64,000 nucleotides of DNA from Phenylobacterium aquaticum (GTDB lineage: Bacteria > Pseudomonadota > Alphaproteobacteria > Caulobacterales > Caulobacteraceae). The first letter of the stretch is position 1; each line of letters begins with the position of its first letter. The notes beneath the pieces were generated by a model. That model saw only the letters and a program-made list of their open reading frames with translations. It searched no databases and was not told the origin of the DNA. A program made the position numbers and the translations under genes. The stretch is from assembly GCF_947378715.1 (NCBI RefSeq), contig NZ_CANCLE010000003.1:957-64956 (forward strand), written 5' to 3'. Of this stretch, positions 61,106 to 64,000 are shown piece by piece.

Positions 61106-62427
61106 GCCTGCTCGAGAACACCTTCCAGCTGAAGGCCCGGGGGACCAATGTCCGGACCGAGCTGCTCGCCGGCCTGACCACCTTCCTGACCATGGCCTAT
61201 ATCATCCTGGTCAATCCCTCGATCCTCGGCCAGACGGGCATGCCGCCCGCCGCCGTGGCCGCCGCCACCTGCCTGGCCGCCGGCGTGGGCTGCATCCTGA
61301 TGGGGATGCTCGCCAACTACCCGATCGCTCTGGCCCCCGGCATGGGGCTGAACGCCTATTTCACCTTCACGGTGGTCAAGGGCATGGGGATCCCGTGGCA
61401 GACGGCGCTGGGCCTGGTGTTCATCTCCGGCGTGCTGTTCCTGATCCTGACCTTCGCAGGCGTCAGGAAGCTGATCGTCAACGCCATTCCTCGCACCCTG
61501 TTCTCGGCCATAGCCGCCGGCATCGGCCTGTTCATCGCCTTCATCGGCCTGAAGAGCGCCGGCATCGTCACCGGCAACCCGGCCACCACGGTGGGGCTGG
61601 GCGACCTGCATAGTCCGGGCGTCCTGCTGGCCCTGCTGGGCCTGGCGATCATCGCGGTGCTGGAGGTGTGGAAGGTGCGCGGCGGGATCCTGATCGGGAT
61701 CGTCGTCACCTCACTGATCGGCTGGGGCCTGCATCTCGCCCAGTGGTCGCCCCAGCCCTATAGCGTCGCCCAGATGACCGCCACGGCCTTCCAGCTGGAT
61801 ATACCGGCGGCCTTCGGGATCGGCGGCAAGGGGCTGGGCCTGGCCCTGATCGAGATCCTGTTCGTCTTCGTCTTCGTCGACCTGTTCGACAACGTCGGCA
61901 CTCTGGTCGCGGTCTCGACCAAGGCCGGCCTGGTCCAGCCGGACGGAACCATTCCGCGCCTCAACCGCATTCTGTTCGCCGACGCCACCGCCACGGTGGT
62001 CGGCGCCCTGGCCGGCACCAGCACGGTGGTCAGCTATATCGAGAGCGCGTCCGGGGTCTCGGCGGGCGGCCGCACCGGCCTCACGGCGGTGGTCACCGGC
62101 CTGTTATTCCTCGCCGCCCTGTTCGTGGCCCCGTGGGCCCAGGCGATTCCCGCCGCCGCCACCGCCCCGGCCCTGATCCTGGTGGGCGCGATGATGATGG
62201 CCCCGCTGGCCGACATCGACTGGAAGGACCCCGTGGTGTCGATCCCGGCCTTCCTGACGCTGATCGCCATTCCGTTGACCTTCTCCATCGCCAATGGCCT
62301 GGCCTTCGGGGTGATCGCCTGCGCGGTGCTGAAGATCGCCGCCCGACGGATCGGCCGCGAGGACTGGCTGCTGCTGTTGCTGGCCGTGCTGTTCATCGCC
62401 CGCTTCGCCTATATGGCCGGGGCCTAA
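61102..62427 (+). CDS. NCS2/AzgA-type purine permease
   Basis: GLTTFLTMAYI..VNP, LAPGMGLNAYF, YIESASGV..GGRTGL, PLTFSIA.G. Confidence 0.93.
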   Translation: MSLLENTFQLKARGTNVRTELLAGLTTFLTMAYIILVNPSILGQTGMPPAAVAAATCLAAGVGCILMGMLANYPIALAPGMGLNAYFTFTVVKGMGIPWQTALGLVFISGVLFLILTFAGVRKLIVNAIPRTLFSAIAAGIGLFIAFIGLKSAGIVTGNPATTVGLGDLHSPGVLLALLGLAIIAVLEVWKVRGGILIGIVVTSLIGWGLHLAQWSPQPYSVAQMTATAFQLDIPAAFGIGGKGLGLALIEILFVFVFVDLFDNVGTLVAVSTKAGLVQPDGTIPRLNRILFADATATVVGALAGTSTVVSYIESASGVSAGGRTGLTAVVTGLLFLAALFVAPWAQAIPAAATAPALILVGAMMMAPLADIDWKDPVVSIPAFLTLIAIPLTFSIANGLAFGVIACAVLKIAARRIGREDWLLLLLAVLFIARFAYMAGA

Positions 62428-62891
62428 GGGGCGACCCGGGCGAGCAGGGCCTTCAGGGTCGCGATCTCGTCTGCGGTCAGGTCGCCCGCCGCCTCGCGGT
62501 CATGGGCGCGGACCTCGGCGATGATGGCGGGCAGGCGCGCCTGGCCCGCCGCCGACAGGGCAAGCGCCTGGGCGCGGGCGTCACCCGGGATGGGCTGGCG
62601 CGCGACCAGGTCCCCCAGCCCCTCGACGATGGCCAGCGCGCCGGAGCGGGCTATGCCCATGATGGCGGCGAGTTCGGTCTGCTTCAGGCCCGGATTGGCC
62701 GCGATCAACACCAGGGCCGAGAACCTCTGGGTGGTCACGCCCAAGGCCCCCAGCCGGGCGTCGAAGGCCTCCGTCACCCGGATCTGGGCGCGGCGCACCT
62801 CATAGCCCAAGAGCTCGTCCAGCACCCCATAGTCGACGCCGGGGCGATGGGGCTGGAAGGACCGGCGGATCGGACGGGGGCTTTTGGTCAT
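62424..62891 (-). CDS. MarR-family regulator
   Basis: LGYEVRRA, PGLKQTELA, D.R...L.L...G winged-HTH. Confidence 0.88.
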   Translation of the reverse strand: MTKSPRPIRRSFQPHRPGVDYGVLDELLGYEVRRAQIRVTEAFDARLGALGVTTQRFSALVLIAANPGLKQTELAAIMGIARSGALAIVEGLGDLVARQPIPGDARAQALALSAAGQARLPAIIAEVRAHDREAAGDLTADEIATLKALLARVAP

Positions 62892-62920
62892 CGGAGCGGG
62901 CGGTTGAAGTCCGGATGAGG

Positions 62921-62941
62921 ATTGTTATAGTCCATAACAAT
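62921..62941. promoter_or_regulatory. Putative MarR operator
   Basis: Perfect inverted repeat ATTGTTAT-agtcc-ATAACAAT between divergent marR and the monooxygenase. Confidence 0.8.
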
Positions 62942-62978
62942 AAGCGGTGACGCGCCGCATGTCTGCAGGGAGGACGCC

Positions 62979-64000
62979 ATGCAGGTCATCATAGCAGGCG
63001 CTGGGATCGGCGGTCTCGCTGCGGCCCTTGCGCTGCAGGCGGCCGGCCACGAGGTGACGGTGTTCGAGGCCGCGCCGCACATCCTGCCGCTGGGGGTGGG
63101 CATCAATCTCCTGCCCCATGCCGCGGAGGTGCTGGACGAACTGGGCCTGATCGACGCCCTGCTGGCCCAGGGGGTGGCGACCCTGGAGCTGGTCTATTTC
63201 AACCGCTTCGGCCAGCGCATCTGGGGGGAGCCGCGGGGTCGGTCGGCCGGTCACGCCGCCCCCCAGATCTCCCTGCCTCGGGGCGCCTTGCAAGGGGTGC
63301 TGTTCGACGCCGCCGTCGCCCGGCTCGACGAGGGCCGGGTGGTCTGCGACCGCCGTCTGGCCGGCCATGAGCAGACCTCAGGCGCGATCACCGCGCGCTT
63401 CAGCGACGCCGGAGGTGAGGCCCACTCTGTCACCGCCGACATCTTGATCGCCGCCGACGGCATTCATTCCGTGGCCCGGGCCGGGCTCTTTCCGGACGAA
63501 GGTCCGCCGGTCTATGGCGGCCGGATTCTCTGGCGCGCGACCAGCCTGGCCCAACCCTTCCTGACCGGCGCCAGCATGATCATGGCCGGTCACCAGGATC
63601 AGAAGTTCGTCGCCTATCCGATCTCCAGGCCTGGCCCGGACGGGCGCCAGAGGATCAACTGGATCGCCGAGTTGCGGATCGCCGAGAGCCTGAAGCGCGA
63701 GGATTGGAACCGCTCGGGCGACCTGGCCGATTTTCTGCCGCGCTTCACCGACTGGCGGTTCGACTGGCTGGACGTTCCCGGCCTGATCGAAGGCGCGGAG
63801 GTGGTCTATGAATTCCCCCTGGTCGACCGCGATCCCCTGCCGCGCTGGAGCCACGGGCGCATGACCCTGCTGGGTGACGCCGCCCACGCCATGTATCCGA
63901 TCGGCTCCAACGGGGCGAGCCAGGCCATCCTCGACGCCCGCGCCCTGGTCCGGACGCTCGGCGCCCATGCCGACCCGGTCGAGGCGCTCGCCGCCTATGA
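62979..64000 (+). CDS. FAD-dependent monooxygenase (truncated at window end)
   Basis: Own translation: MQVIIAGAGIGGL..., GVGINLLPHA, ADGIHS, LLGDAAHAMYPIGSNGASQAILDA; GGAGG RBS. Confidence 0.92.
   Translation, partial: MQVIIAGAGIGGLAAALALQAAGHEVTVFEAAPHILPLGVGINLLPHAAEVLDELGLIDALLAQGVATLELVYFNRFGQRIWGEPRGRSAGHAAPQISLPRGALQGVLFDAAVARLDEGRVVCDRRLAGHEQTSGAITARFSDAGGEAHSVTADILIAADGIHSVARAGLFPDEGPPVYGGRILWRATSLAQPFLTGASMIMAGHQDQKFVAYPISRPGPDGRQRINWIAELRIAESLKREDWNRSGDLADFLPRFTDWRFDWLDVPGLIEGAEVVYEFPLVDRDPLPRWSHGRMTLLGDAAHAMYPIGSNGASQAILDARALVRTLGAHADPVEALAAY

Noticed and set aside
63998..64000. Terminal TGA as the stop of the monooxygenase
   Set aside because: Out of frame (GCC TAT GA.); the gene continues beyond the window.

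Overview
GC-rich alphaproteobacterial chromosome segment. Gene content (divL, ilvR, amgK/murU, short atpC, mmcB) points to Caulobacteraceae, probably Phenylobacterium/Caulobacter-like (inference). It is mostly housekeeping: ilvD/ilvR, tRNA-Ala(GGC), aroA-cmk-rpsA-ihfB-mscL, trpFBA-accD-folC, tsaE-amgK-murU-addB-addA-trxA, zapE, sdhCDAB, ferredoxin reductase/ferredoxin, divL, mmcB, regB/regA/senC, phaZ, a class A PBP, atpHAGDC and rppH. Small accessory modules are interspersed. No integrase, transposase, phage structural gene or CRISPR array was seen. The best leads are: (1) an identical 15-bp palindrome-containing site (TGACGCCGCCGTCAC) upstream of both the ferredoxin reductase-ferredoxin pair and a diiron ferritin-like enzyme 5 kb away, suggesting a split, co-regulated three-component oxygenase; (2) a head-to-head pair of paralogous TPR-glycosyltransferases in an accessory islet with an M14-like hydrolase; (3) a signal-peptide NUP-family protein translationally coupled to an NCS2 purine permease; (4) a LysR/DUF4242-like/MFS module with duplicated operators; (5) an intergenic palindromic repeat carrying a nested 40-bp insertion; (6) structured 5' and 3' UTRs around a small secreted protein; (7) an orphan putative Zn-binding protein. 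Family assignments come from motif recognition, not database searches.
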